A stretch of DNA of 32,000 nucleotides from Saccharolobus solfataricus (GTDB lineage Archaea; Thermoproteota; Thermoprotei_A; Sulfolobales; Sulfolobaceae). The stretch spans positions 840,001 through 872,000 of the forward strand of contig NZ_LT549890.1 of the NCBI RefSeq assembly GCF_900079115.1, written 5' to 3'. This document shows positions 1 to 10,877 of this stretch, piece after piece. The notes under the pieces are model-generated. The model was not told the origin of the DNA. It saw nothing but the letters and a program-made list of their open reading frames with translations, and did not search any database. A program made the translations under genes and the position numbers. How positions within the stretch are numbered: the first letter of the stretch is position 1; the number at the start of each line of letters is the position of its first letter.

Positions 1-48
1 TTGAATGCTTCTACAGTGTTATTAGAAATATTCAGCGAGATATCTACC

Positions 49-318
49 TTAGTAAACCCTCTTAAGTCTGAGCAAAATGTATGATATACGCCTTCTATCT
101 CTAACTTCACTTCCAGTCTGCACATTTACCAATTGTACGCCATCTCCTAATCTGTCCTTTAATGAATTGTAGACGTCTACTGCTTTAGAAATTTCCCTAC
201 CTGTTCCTTTTAATATTACTTCGTCTATTCCTTGATTAAACAGAACAATTACATCTAAAACGTGATCTTCTACATTTTTTGTTTTTCTAACTACTATCTC
301 ATTCAATTTTTCTGTCAT
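49..318 (-). CDS. albA2: Alba-family chromatin/RNA-binding protein, Alba2 (Sso10b2)-type, 89 aa
   Basis: The 89-aa ORF matches my recollection of the Sulfolobus Alba paralogue, including the [15 protein letters not shown] core of the Alba fold. An A/T-rich TATA-like element at 347-357 lies about 29 nt upstream of the ATG. Confidence 0.88.
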   Translation of the reverse strand: MTEKLNEIVVRKTKNVEDHVLDVIVLFNQGIDEVILKGTGREISKAVDVYNSLKDRLGDGVQLVNVQTGSEVRDRRRISYILLRLKRVY

Positions 319-364
319 CTTCTCTCACGAGTCATAAGTGGATATGCAAAAATAAATCTAATGT

Positions 365-412
365 TCAGTAACACGGGCCCTTATCATCAATCAAACTGAA
401 GGGCGTCATCAC
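365..412 (-). ncRNA. Candidate C/D box sRNA (boxes C, D', C', D)
   Basis: Minus strand reads GTGATGA (412-406), 12 nt, TGAT (393-390), TGATGA (389-384), 15 nt, CTGA (368-365). It sits between the helicase stop codon and the alba2 TATA. The 15-nt second spacer is longer than usual, D' is degenerate, and there is no terminal stem. Confidence 0.35.
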
Positions 413-429
413 CAATAAGAAAGTTATTT

Positions 430-3231
430 TTAAGAGTATTTTAAACTTTGTAGATAAGCAATAGCATTGAGCAATAAGTATACTATAATGTCTTTACCTA
501 CATGATAATACTTTTGTAGAAATTGATAGGAAGTATCTATAGCTTCCCTAACCTTAGCCTCCTCTATATTATTGAATGGAATCTTCCTTAAGATCTCTTC
601 TGGGTTATTAATTAAATCGTATGGTTTCAACAAGATTTCTACTTGATTATCTCCTGACTTAAGGTCGACTGCAAAGATCTCATTATTATTTAATGGCGAG
701 AAGGAGGAATAGTATTCTTCAGATTTAACAATGTCAATAAAATCTTCGTACAAGCACCATCTAGTTTCCCTACTATCAACATCTATAAATGATGTTACTT
801 TATATTTATTATTATTTCTTCTAAGCTGTTTTAACTTATTTTCAAGACTTTTAGCTGAGATTCCTAAAATCTCCGATAGCTCATTAACTGTATACGCACC
901 ACCTTTTAGCGCTTGATATATTGTTAAATTTAGATCAGAGAGCCAAGGCCTTATCTGTGCATGAGCGAATATCGCTTCTCTCAACGACCCTGCGTTCTCA
1001 GTATACACTATTTTTATTTTACCTTCCCTAACTCTTCTGATAAATTCTAGAGTTTTCTTTATGGTAAAGTATCTTTTTATGGTCTGTCTTAGCGCTTCTT
1101 TTATCAAGAATTTATCCTCTTTTGTGTTAATTTTTGATATTTTACCAAAACTTGGTTGGATCTCCTTAAGTGTCGCTATGTATAGAGGTGATCTTAATAT
1201 AGATCTTAATATAATTTTTATGATTTTTCTATCATTCATATTGATAATGTCTTTGAATAAATCTACTGGAGTGCCCTTTATCGAAAAACCATATATTGAA
1301 CTTCTACTAGAAGCGTTTAACGTATACTTTTTAGTAACTAAATAAAGTAATATATGAGATAAAGTATTTGAAATCCTCTCATCAATAACTACAGTGTAAA
1401 GCCATTCATCTTCCTTGTTTTCTACCAGTATAACATCTCTAGAGGGTATTTTCAGTCCTAACTTTCTATAGTTCTCGAATATCTTGATTATGCTTTCCTT
1501 TGAGTTTTTGTCCATAATCTCATTCATTGTAAGATAATATTCATTGAAATTTTCCATAATCTTTCTAATATAATTCACTATTAGTGGAGATTTGGACATA
1601 TTTTCTCCTTTCCATATAGGTATCTCACCTTCACCTTCATTTGCTGGAGTAACATCTATCGTATTTTTATGCATATTTATACGTAATACTTTCCAGAACT
1701 TTCCGCTTATTCTTATTATATCATTTGCTCTCACATGCTTATATACGTAAACTGCATCTATCTCACCTACGGTTATACCATTATGTTTTAAGGAAAAGGT
1801 TTCGTCGTTGTTGATCAATGAGAAGAATTCTGAGAAGTCCTTTCCCCAGCTGTTTTTAGCATCTCTATTAAATCTCCATATCTTAAAGAACCCTTGACCT
1901 AGTTTCAAGTAGTTTTCCTCTATTTTTATTATATTATTCTTGACCAAGTAATTAACTAAATCTAATAGTTTTGATAATTCTAGATTCCTATAAATATAGG
2001 TACCCCGAATTATATTAAAAATCTCTTCTATACTCATCTTCTGATTTTGCAGTATCATGCCTACTATTTCTCTAGCAACAACATCTAATCCATCATCTAT
2101 GAAAGGTTTTTCCATTTTACCATCTTTCGCTGAGAGATACAGCGCTAAAGACTCTAATACGTCGAAATCATAGAAGCAGATTATTTCTCCCTTAGGAACT
2201 CCATGAACTATATGTCCACTTCTACCTAATCTCTGTAAAAATGAGGATACTGAAGTTGGCGGTCTTAGCATTATTACTTTCTTTATATCTCCTACGTGAA
2301 TTCCTAGTTCTAGTGTCTTAGTGCATACTACTGCCTTCGCATTACCATTTCTTAATTCTCCTTCAGCTAAGTTCTTAAGATCTCTAGAAACTGACGAATG
2401 ATGCACGTAGATTTCTTTATTCCCTAATTTTTCTAACTCTTCATGAAGTCTTTCTGTGGAAAACCTAGAATTTGTAAAGACTAGTGTTGGTTTTTCTATT
2501 AGTTGATTTATTTTTTCTGCTGCACTCTTCCATAAAGCAAAACTATTATCATTACCAAGTTTATTTATTTTTATTTCAAAATTCCTCGTATCATTTAATC
2601 TTATTATTTTCATCTTTCTTTCGGAAGATCCGAAGAGGAATTGAGCTACTTTGTCCTCATCACTCACTGTAGCTGATAATCCAATTCGTTGAAAATCGTA
2701 ACCAATAAAGTATTTTAATCTTTCAAGTAATATTGATAACTGAGTTCCTCGCTTCGAGTTTATTAATTCGTGAATCTCGTCAACTACGACCCATTTGACA
2801 TTTTTATAATGTTCCCTAAATCTACTTGCCCAGTCTAGATCTATTTCTAATCCCTCTGGCGTAGTGACAATTATATGGGGTATTCTCTTTAATCTTAAGT
2901 TCTTTTCCTTTTGAGGAACTTCTCCGTGTTTTCTATTTACTAAAAAACCTAGTCTGGAGGCCCACCAGTCTATCCTATAAAGAAGGTCATTAATTAGTGC
3001 TTTCAAGGGCGTAATATAAATTACAGTGACAGGTTTAACGTCTTCTTTCAACATTCTATTTAAGATCGGAAGCAACGCAGCTTCAGTCTTTCCATAACCA
3101 GTAGGTGCAATGACTAGCGTATTGTAACCATTACTTATTGGTTCAAACGACATTTCTTGTACTCTAGTTAACTTCATCCAATTTTTTTCCTCTATCAGCT
3201 TTCTTAATCGCTGGTCAAGATGATCTAGCAT
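430..3231 (-). CDS. lhr: Large superfamily-2 DEAD/DEAH-box helicase, Lhr-like
   Basis: 933-aa ORF with Walker A APTGYGKT, motif II VVVDEIHEL, SAT motif (GLSATVS), motif VI QRLGRSGH, and a roughly 500-aa C-terminal extension typical of Lhr-type helicases. Confidence 0.8.
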   Translation of the reverse strand: MLDHLDQRLRKLIEEKNWMKLTRVQEMSFEPISNGYNTLVIAPTGYGKTEAALLPILNRMLKEDVKPVTVIYITPLKALINDLLYRIDWWASRLGFLVNRKHGEVPQKEKNLRLKRIPHIIVTTPEGLEIDLDWASRFREHYKNVKWVVVDEIHELINSKRGTQLSILLERLKYFIGYDFQRIGLSATVSDEDKVAQFLFGSSERKMKIIRLNDTRNFEIKINKLGNDNSFALWKSAAEKINQLIEKPTLVFTNSRFSTERLHEELEKLGNKEIYVHHSSVSRDLKNLAEGELRNGNAKAVVCTKTLELGIHVGDIKKVIMLRPPTSVSSFLQRLGRSGHIVHGVPKGEIICFYDFDVLESLALYLSAKDGKMEKPFIDDGLDVVAREIVGMILQNQKMSIEEIFNIIRGTYIYRNLELSKLLDLVNYLVKNNIIKIEENYLKLGQGFFKIWRFNRDAKNSWGKDFSEFFSLINNDETFSLKHNGITVGEIDAVYVYKHVRANDIIRISGKFWKVLRINMHKNTIDVTPANEGEGEIPIWKGENMSKSPLIVNYIRKIMENFNEYYLTMNEIMDKNSKESIIKIFENYRKLGLKIPSRDVILVENKEDEWLYTVVIDERISNTLSHILLYLVTKKYTLNASSRSSIYGFSIKGTPVDLFKDIINMNDRKIIKIILRSILRSPLYIATLKEIQPSFGKISKINTKEDKFLIKEALRQTIKRYFTIKKTLEFIRRVREGKIKIVYTENAGSLREAIFAHAQIRPWLSDLNLTIYQALKGGAYTVNELSEILGISAKSLENKLKQLRRNNNKYKVTSFIDVDSRETRWCLYEDFIDIVKSEEYYSSFSPLNNNEIFAVDLKSGDNQVEILLKPYDLINNPEEILRKIPFNNIEEAKVREAIDTSYQFLQKYYHVGKDIIVYLLLNAIAYLQSLKYS

Positions 3232-3305
3232 TAATTATCACGCCAAATTTACTGAATAGCACCATTTACCGTTATTTTTAAAAATATAAAATCAACGTTC
3301 AATCT

Positions 3306-3545
3306 ATGTCTCAGAAATATACTTGTAATGTATGTGGTAGATCTTTTCCAGAGGGTCAAGGAATAATAATTGAAATTAGTAGTAATAAACTATACTTTCA
3401 CAGTAAAAGTTGTGCGTATAAGTTCCTTAAAGAGATAATTATGGAAGCCGATACGGACTGCATTAATTCTTCATTAAAGAAGGTAAAGAAGAAATACGAT
3501 GAGATATTAGAACATTTAAGTGAAAAAGCTGAAAAGAAAATTTAA
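3306..3545 (+). CDS. Small zinc-binding protein, L24e/TRASH-like CxxC...HxxxC motif
   Basis: 79-aa ORF with C7-x2-C10 and FHSKSC (H32, C36), resembling the L24e/TRASH metal-binding pattern, followed by a charged helical C-terminus. TATA-like tttttaaaaatataaaa lies about 25-35 nt upstream. Confidence 0.55.
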   Translation: MSQKYTCNVCGRSFPEGQGIIIEISSNKLYFHSKSCAYKFLKEIIMEADTDCINSSLKKVKKKYDEILEHLSEKAEKKI

Positions 3546-3619
3546 AGTTTTTGAAATAAATACTCCGCCAATAGGTATAGTTTTATTTAGGCTAAGTAAT
3601 ATCTGTATTTGATTGAAAA

Positions 3620-6003
<2,384 letters not shown>

Positions 6004-6031
6004 ATATTGTAATATATAGGGTGTAACATTC

Positions 6032-7624
6032 ATGTCTGCTAAAGAAAAGTTTGCAAGCTTATCCCCAGCAGAATTCTTTAAAAGGAATCCGGAGCTTGCC
6101 GGATTCCCTAATCCAGCTAGGGCTCTTTATCAAACTGTTAGAGAATTAATAGAAAACTCGTTGGACGCAACTGATGTTCATGGGATACTGCCTAATATTA
6201 AGATTACGATTGACTTAATTGATGAATCTAGGCAAATATATAAAGTTAATGTAGTTGATAATGGAATAGGCATCCCCCCACAAGAGGTTCCCAATGCGTT
6301 TGGTAGAGTATTATACAGTTCAAAATACGTGAATAGGCAAACTAGGGGTATGTATGGTCTGGGTGTAAAAGCTGCTGTTCTCTATAGTCAAATGCATCAA
6401 GATAAGCCTATAGAAATAGAGACTTCACCAGTAAATTCTAAAAGATTATATACTTTTAAATTGAAAATTGATATAAATAAGAACGAGCCAATAATTGTAG
6501 AAAGGGGATCTGTTGAAAACAATACAGGTTTTCATGGGACGTCAGTAGCAATATCTATACCGGGGGACTGGCCCAAAGCTAAATCAAGAATTTATGAATA
6601 TATCAAAAGGACTTACATTATTACCCCATATGCAGAATTTATCTTTAAGGACCCTGAAGGAAATGTAACATATTATCCGAGACTAACAAATAAGATTCCT
6701 AAGCCACCACAAGAGGTTAAGCCTCATCCTTATGGAGTAGATAGAGAAGAAATCAAAATAATGATAAATAATCTAAAGAGAGATTATACTATAAAGGAAT
6801 TTTTAATGAGTGAATTCCAAAGTATAGGAGATACTACTGCAGATAAGATTTTAGAATTAGTTGGATTAAGGCCCAATAAGAAGGTTAAGAATTTAACAGA
6901 AGAGGAAATCACTAGGCTAGTTGAGACTTTTAAGAAATATGAGGATTTTAGATCTCCTTCAGCAGACTCACTTTCTGTAATAGGGGAAGATTTGATTGAA
7001 TTAGGTTTAAAAAAGATCTTTAATCCGGATTTTACAGCATCCATAACCAGGAAACCTAAGGCTTATCAAGGACACCCATTTATAGTGGAAGCCGGTATCG
7101 CATTCGGTGGTAGCATACCCGTTGGGGAAGAGCCCATAGTTTTAAGATACGCTAATAAGATTCCGTTAATTTATGACGAGAAATCGGATGTCATATGGAA
7201 GGTTGTTGAAGAGTTAGATTGGAAAAGGTATGGTATTGAGTCAGATCAGTATCAAATGGTAGTGATGGTTCATCTGTGCAGTACTAAGATACCTTATAAG
7301 AGTGCTGGTAAGGAAAGCATCGCTGAAGTAGAAGATATAGAGAAGGAAATAAAGAACGCGCTGATGGAGGTTGCAAGAAAACTGAAATTGTATTTAAGTG
7401 AGAAGAGAAAGGAGCAAGAGGCTAAGAAGAAATTACTCGCATATTTAAAATATGTACCAGAAGTCAGTAGGTCTTTGGCAATCTTTTTAGCATCGGGTAA
7501 TAAAGAGTTAGTGCCAAAATATCAAGGTGAGATTGTGGAAGGTTTATTTAAACTTATTTCTAAGAAATTAGATTTGATTAATATTGAAGAGTATAGAAAG
7601 GTATATAAGGTGGATAGTGAATGA
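6032..7624 (+). CDS. top6B: DNA topoisomerase VI subunit B
   Basis: 530 aa with GHKL/Bergerat ATPase motifs ELIENSLDA, DNGIGI and TRGMYGLGVK. It lies immediately upstream of, and overlaps, top6A. Confidence 0.93.
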   Translation: MSAKEKFASLSPAEFFKRNPELAGFPNPARALYQTVRELIENSLDATDVHGILPNIKITIDLIDESRQIYKVNVVDNGIGIPPQEVPNAFGRVLYSSKYVNRQTRGMYGLGVKAAVLYSQMHQDKPIEIETSPVNSKRLYTFKLKIDINKNEPIIVERGSVENNTGFHGTSVAISIPGDWPKAKSRIYEYIKRTYIITPYAEFIFKDPEGNVTYYPRLTNKIPKPPQEVKPHPYGVDREEIKIMINNLKRDYTIKEFLMSEFQSIGDTTADKILELVGLRPNKKVKNLTEEEITRLVETFKKYEDFRSPSADSLSVIGEDLIELGLKKIFNPDFTASITRKPKAYQGHPFIVEAGIAFGGSIPVGEEPIVLRYANKIPLIYDEKSDVIWKVVEELDWKRYGIESDQYQMVVMVHLCSTKIPYKSAGKESIAEVEDIEKEIKNALMEVARKLKLYLSEKRKEQEAKKKLLAYLKYVPEVSRSLAIFLASGNKELVPKYQGEIVEGLFKLISKKLDLINIEEYRKVYKVDSE

Positions 7625-8790
7625 GTTCTGAATTTATATCAAAGGTTGATAAAGAAGCGAGAAGGAAAGCTGCTAGTATATTGCGCGATAAGTTCCTTAA
7701 TTTAGTTGAACAACTTAAGAAAGGCGAACCATTAGTAATGGAAATCCCAATGAGAACTTTATCTAATGCGATCTATGATGAAAAGAGAAAGCTACTACTC
7801 TTGGGAGAAAAGAAACTTAAAAGGAATTTTCTAGATATGAACGAAGCAAAACGATTTATGCAGACCGTATTGATGGCATCAATAATTTATGACGCGCTAG
7901 TTAGCGATGAGTACCCAACTATACGTGATCTTTACTACAGAGGAAAGCACTCACTTTTGTTAAAGTCAATTGATGGCAATAAGATAGTGTCTGAAGAGAA
8001 TACATGGGATGAACAAAAGGAGTCAGATAGTGTTATAGTTGATATCGAAGTATTTACGTCTCTCCTTAGAGAAGAAATGCTGATTCTCAGTAAGGAAAAG
8101 GGTAAAGTAGTAGGTAATTTAAGGATAAGGAGCGGAAATGATACAATAGATCTGAGTAAAACTGGTCATGGAGCCTACGCGATTGAACCTACTCCCGATT
8201 TGATAGATTTCATTGATGTTGATGCAGAATTTGTACTAGTAGTGGAGAAAGATGCAGTATTCCAACAGTTGCATAGAGCTGGTTTTTGGAAACAGTATAA
8301 GTCCATTTTAATAACTAGTGCGGGTCAACCAGATAGGGCAACTAGGAGATTTGTCAGAAGACTTAATGAGGAGCTAAAATTGCCAGTTTATATCTTAACT
8401 GATGCTGATCCCTATGGATGGTATATATTCAGCGTATTCAGAATAGGCTCAATATCTTTATCTTACGAGAGTGAGAGGCTAGCTACTCCAGACGCCAAAT
8501 TTTTGGGCGTATCAATGAGTGATATCTTCGGTAATTCCAGAAAGAAACCCTATTTAAGTGAAGCCGAGAGAAAGAATTATATAATTAAGGCCAAAGAGGC
8601 AGATATAAAGAGAGCTGAGGAAATTAAAAACTATGAGTGGTTTAAGACTAAAGCATGGGAAGAAGAGATAAACACTTTCCTACATAGGAAAGCTAAATTG
8701 GAAATAGAAGCTATGGCAAGCAAGGGTCTTAAGTTTCTCGCTTTCCAGTACATTCCAGAGAAGATAACTAATAAGGATTACATTGCCTAA
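7621..8790 (+). CDS. top6A: DNA topoisomerase VI subunit A (Spo11 family)
   Basis: 389 aa with the Toprim motif ILTDADPYGWYI and a Spo11/TopVIA-like N-terminal region. It has an ATGA overlap with top6B. Confidence 0.93.
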   Translation: MSSEFISKVDKEARRKAASILRDKFLNLVEQLKKGEPLVMEIPMRTLSNAIYDEKRKLLLLGEKKLKRNFLDMNEAKRFMQTVLMASIIYDALVSDEYPTIRDLYYRGKHSLLLKSIDGNKIVSEENTWDEQKESDSVIVDIEVFTSLLREEMLILSKEKGKVVGNLRIRSGNDTIDLSKTGHGAYAIEPTPDLIDFIDVDAEFVLVVEKDAVFQQLHRAGFWKQYKSILITSAGQPDRATRRFVRRLNEELKLPVYILTDADPYGWYIFSVFRIGSISLSYESERLATPDAKFLGVSMSDIFGNSRKKPYLSEAERKNYIIKAKEADIKRAEEIKNYEWFKTKAWEEEINTFLHRKAKLEIEAMASKGLKFLAFQYIPEKITNKDYIA

Positions 8791-8843
8791 TCAGCCGAGA
8801 CAGGTTATTTCATGTGTAGTCAATTTTATGGGTTTCATCACTC

Positions 8844-8990
8844 CTATTCATAATAACCAAGAATCTCATTAAAAGTATTCTTCTTACACACATTACAATA
8901 GATATATATGGTTCTTTGTGAACTTATATCAAAGCTGATATTTAATACTTTTTCAGTATTACAGTTTGTACACCTTATTTTCCATGGCAT
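8844..8990 (-). CDS. Small zinc-ribbon protein, 48 aa (below the ORF-track length cutoff)
   Basis: My own translation of the minus strand gives MPWKIRCTNCNTEKVLNISFDISSQRTIYIYCNVCKKNTFNEILGYYE, with two CxxC pairs (C7/C10, C32/C35). The ATG is at 8990-8988 and the TAG at 8846-8844. An A/T-rich TATA-like block at 9005-9021 is centred about 22 nt upstream. Confidence 0.5.
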   Translation of the reverse strand: MPWKIRCTNCNTEKVLNISFDISSQRTIYIYCNVCKKNTFNEILGYYE

Positions 8991-9026
8991 ACTTTAATAT
9001 CTAGTTTTATATAAAATAAAATTGCT

Positions 9027-9074
9027 GTGAAGACCTAGCTAGGTCTGAAGAGTGATGAGGGGCCAAAGCTCGGA
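9027..9074 (+). ncRNA. Weak candidate C/D box-like sRNA
   Basis: GTGAAGA (9027-9033), 11 nt, CTGA (9045-9048), aga, GTGATGA (9052-9058), 12 nt ggggccaaagct, CGGA (9071-9074), then gcg and a T5 run (9078-9082). The terminal boxes are degenerate while the internal ones are perfect, and the first spacer is self-complementary. Confidence 0.25.
9031..9046. repeat. Perfect 16-bp palindrome AGACCTAGCTAGGTCT
   Basis: Read directly; the reverse complement is identical. It lies between the divergent 48-aa ORF and aIF5A, just distal to the TATA-like block at 9005-9021. Confidence 0.9.
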
Positions 9075-9135
9075 GCGTTTTTAATAAGAGTAAGAGTTTA
9101 AAGTTTAACACATTTTATATCATAGAGGGTTAAAG

Positions 9136-9531
9136 ATGAGCATAACGTACACGACCGTCGGTGAGCTCAAGGTAGGTAGTTATGTAGTAATAGATGGAGA
9201 GCCTTGTAGGGTTGTAGAAGTAACTAAGGCTAAAACAGGTAAGCATGGAAGTGCAAAAGCTAACGTGGTAGCTATTGGGGTTTTTAGTGGAGCAAAAAAG
9301 ACACTAATGGCTCCAGTAGATCAGCAAGTTGAAGTTCCTATTATAGAAAAGCATATCGGTCAAATAATTGCAGATATGGGTAATAAAATACAAGTAATGG
9401 ATTTAGAAAGTTATGAGACCTTCGAGATCGAGAAACCAACAGAAGATGAGCTAGCCTCCAAGATAAAACCTAATGCGGAATTAGAGTACTGGGAAATAAT
9501 GGGAAGGAGAAAAATAGTTAGGGTTAAGTAA
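9136..9531 (+). CDS. eif5a: Translation initiation factor 5A (aIF5A)
   Basis: 131 aa with the hypusination loop [10 protein letters not shown] (Lys36). The rest is consistent in length with an SH3-like N-domain plus OB C-domain. GAGG lies 8 nt upstream of the ATG. Confidence 0.93.
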   Translation: MSITYTTVGELKVGSYVVIDGEPCRVVEVTKAKTGKHGSAKANVVAIGVFSGAKKTLMAPVDQQVEVPIIEKHIGQIIADMGNKIQVMDLESYETFEIEKPTEDELASKIKPNAELEYWEIMGRRKIVRVK

Positions 9532-9533
9532 TA

Positions 9534-10877
9534 ATGTTAGAAAATATAAGAGATGCAGTAAGGAAGTTTCTTACAGGATCTACACCCTACGAGAAAGCAG
9601 TAGATGAGTTTATAAAAGATCTTCAGAAGTCTCTTATTTCATCCGATGTGAATGTAAAGCTGGTTTTTTCCTTAACAGCAAAGATTAAAGAAAGGCTAAA
9701 TAAGGAAAAACCCCCATCTGTGCTAGAAAGGAAAGAATGGTTCATTTCTATAGTTTATGATGAGCTTTCTAAATTATTTGGTGGAGATAAGGAGCCTAAT
9801 GTTAATCCCACCAAGCTACCTTTTATAATAATGCTAGTTGGTGTTCAGGGAAGCGGTAAAACGACCACTGCCGGAAAATTAGCGTATTTCTACAAAAAAA
9901 GAGGTTATAAGGTAGGTTTAGTTGCAGCCGACGTTTATAGGCCTGCAGCTTACGATCAATTGTTACAGCTAGGTAATCAAATTGGTGTACAAGTATATGG
10001 AGAACCAAATAATCAGAACCCTATTGAGATAGCTAAAAAAGGAGTTGATATATTTGTAAAGAACAAAATGGATATAATCATAGTTGATACTGCAGGAAGG
10101 CATGGATATGGAGAGGAGACTAAGCTTCTAGAGGAAATGAAAGAAATGTATGATGTATTAAAGCCTGATGATGTAATCTTGGTCATAGATGCGTCCATTG
10201 GACAAAAAGCTTATGATTTAGCATCTAGATTCCATCAAGCAAGTCCAATTGGCTCTGTAATAATAACAAAGATGGATGGTACAGCAAAGGGAGGTGGGGC
10301 ATTATCAGCAGTAGTTGCTACTGGAGCTACGATAAAGTTTATAGGTACTGGAGAAAAAATAGACGAACTAGAAACATTTAATGCTAAGAGATTTGTTTCT
10401 AGAATATTAGGAATGGGAGATATAGAATCAATCTTGGAGAAAGTTAAGGGATTAGAAGAGTATGACAAAATTCAAAAGAAAATGGAAGACGTTATGGAAG
10501 GTAAAGGGAAGCTAACACTTAGAGACGTTTATGCGCAAATCATAGCCTTGAGGAAAATGGGTCCCCTTTCTAAAGTACTGCAACATATTCCTGGTTTAGG
10601 AATTATGCTTCCTACTCCTAGTGAAGATCAATTGAAAATAGGAGAGGAAAAAATTAGGAGATGGTTAGCAGCCTTAAATTCTATGACATATAAGGAACTG
10701 GAAAATCCTAATATAATTGATAAGTCGAGAATGAGAAGAATAGCTGAAGGATCAGGGTTAGAGGTTGAAGAAGTAAGAGAACTTTTAGAGTGGTATAATA
10801 ACATGAATAGGCTTTTGAAAATGGTAAAAAGAAGGAGGGGCAATATTGATAAACTCTTCGGAGGGAAAATCGGATAA
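9534..10877 (+). CDS. srp54: Signal recognition particle protein SRP54
   Basis: 447 aa with G-domain motifs GVQGSGKTT, DTAGR and TKMDG, and a Met/Arg-rich M domain at the C-terminus. It starts 2 nt after the aIF5A stop codon. Confidence 0.93.
   Translation: MLENIRDAVRKFLTGSTPYEKAVDEFIKDLQKSLISSDVNVKLVFSLTAKIKERLNKEKPPSVLERKEWFISIVYDELSKLFGGDKEPNVNPTKLPFIIMLVGVQGSGKTTTAGKLAYFYKKRGYKVGLVAADVYRPAAYDQLLQLGNQIGVQVYGEPNNQNPIEIAKKGVDIFVKNKMDIIIVDTAGRHGYGEETKLLEEMKEMYDVLKPDDVILVIDASIGQKAYDLASRFHQASPIGSVIITKMDGTAKGGGALSAVVATGATIKFIGTGEKIDELETFNAKRFVSRILGMGDIESILEKVKGLEEYDKIQKKMEDVMEGKGKLTLRDVYAQIIALRKMGPLSKVLQHIPGLGIMLPTPSEDQLKIGEEKIRRWLAALNSMTYKELENPNIIDKSRMRRIAEGSGLEVEEVRELLEWYNNMNRLLKMVKRRRGNIDKLFGGKIG

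Noticed and set aside
1-48. Possible partial gene at the left edge (open reading on the minus strand downstream of alba2).
   Set aside because: Only 48 nt are available, with no start codon, stop codon or motif. It cannot be supported.
731-2672. Three tracked plus-strand ORFs (731-916, 1061-1345, 2484-2672) opposite the helicase gene.
   Set aside because: They lie entirely antisense to a 933-aa ORF with clear helicase motifs. Their translations are low-complexity Leu/Phe/Ser-rich, as expected from the antisense strand of AT-rich coding DNA.
8791-9135. The AT-rich 345-bp gap as a replication origin or a CRISPR leader/array.
   Set aside because: There are no repeated ORB-like boxes and no regularly spaced direct repeats. 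The gap is better explained by a small ORF plus promoters.
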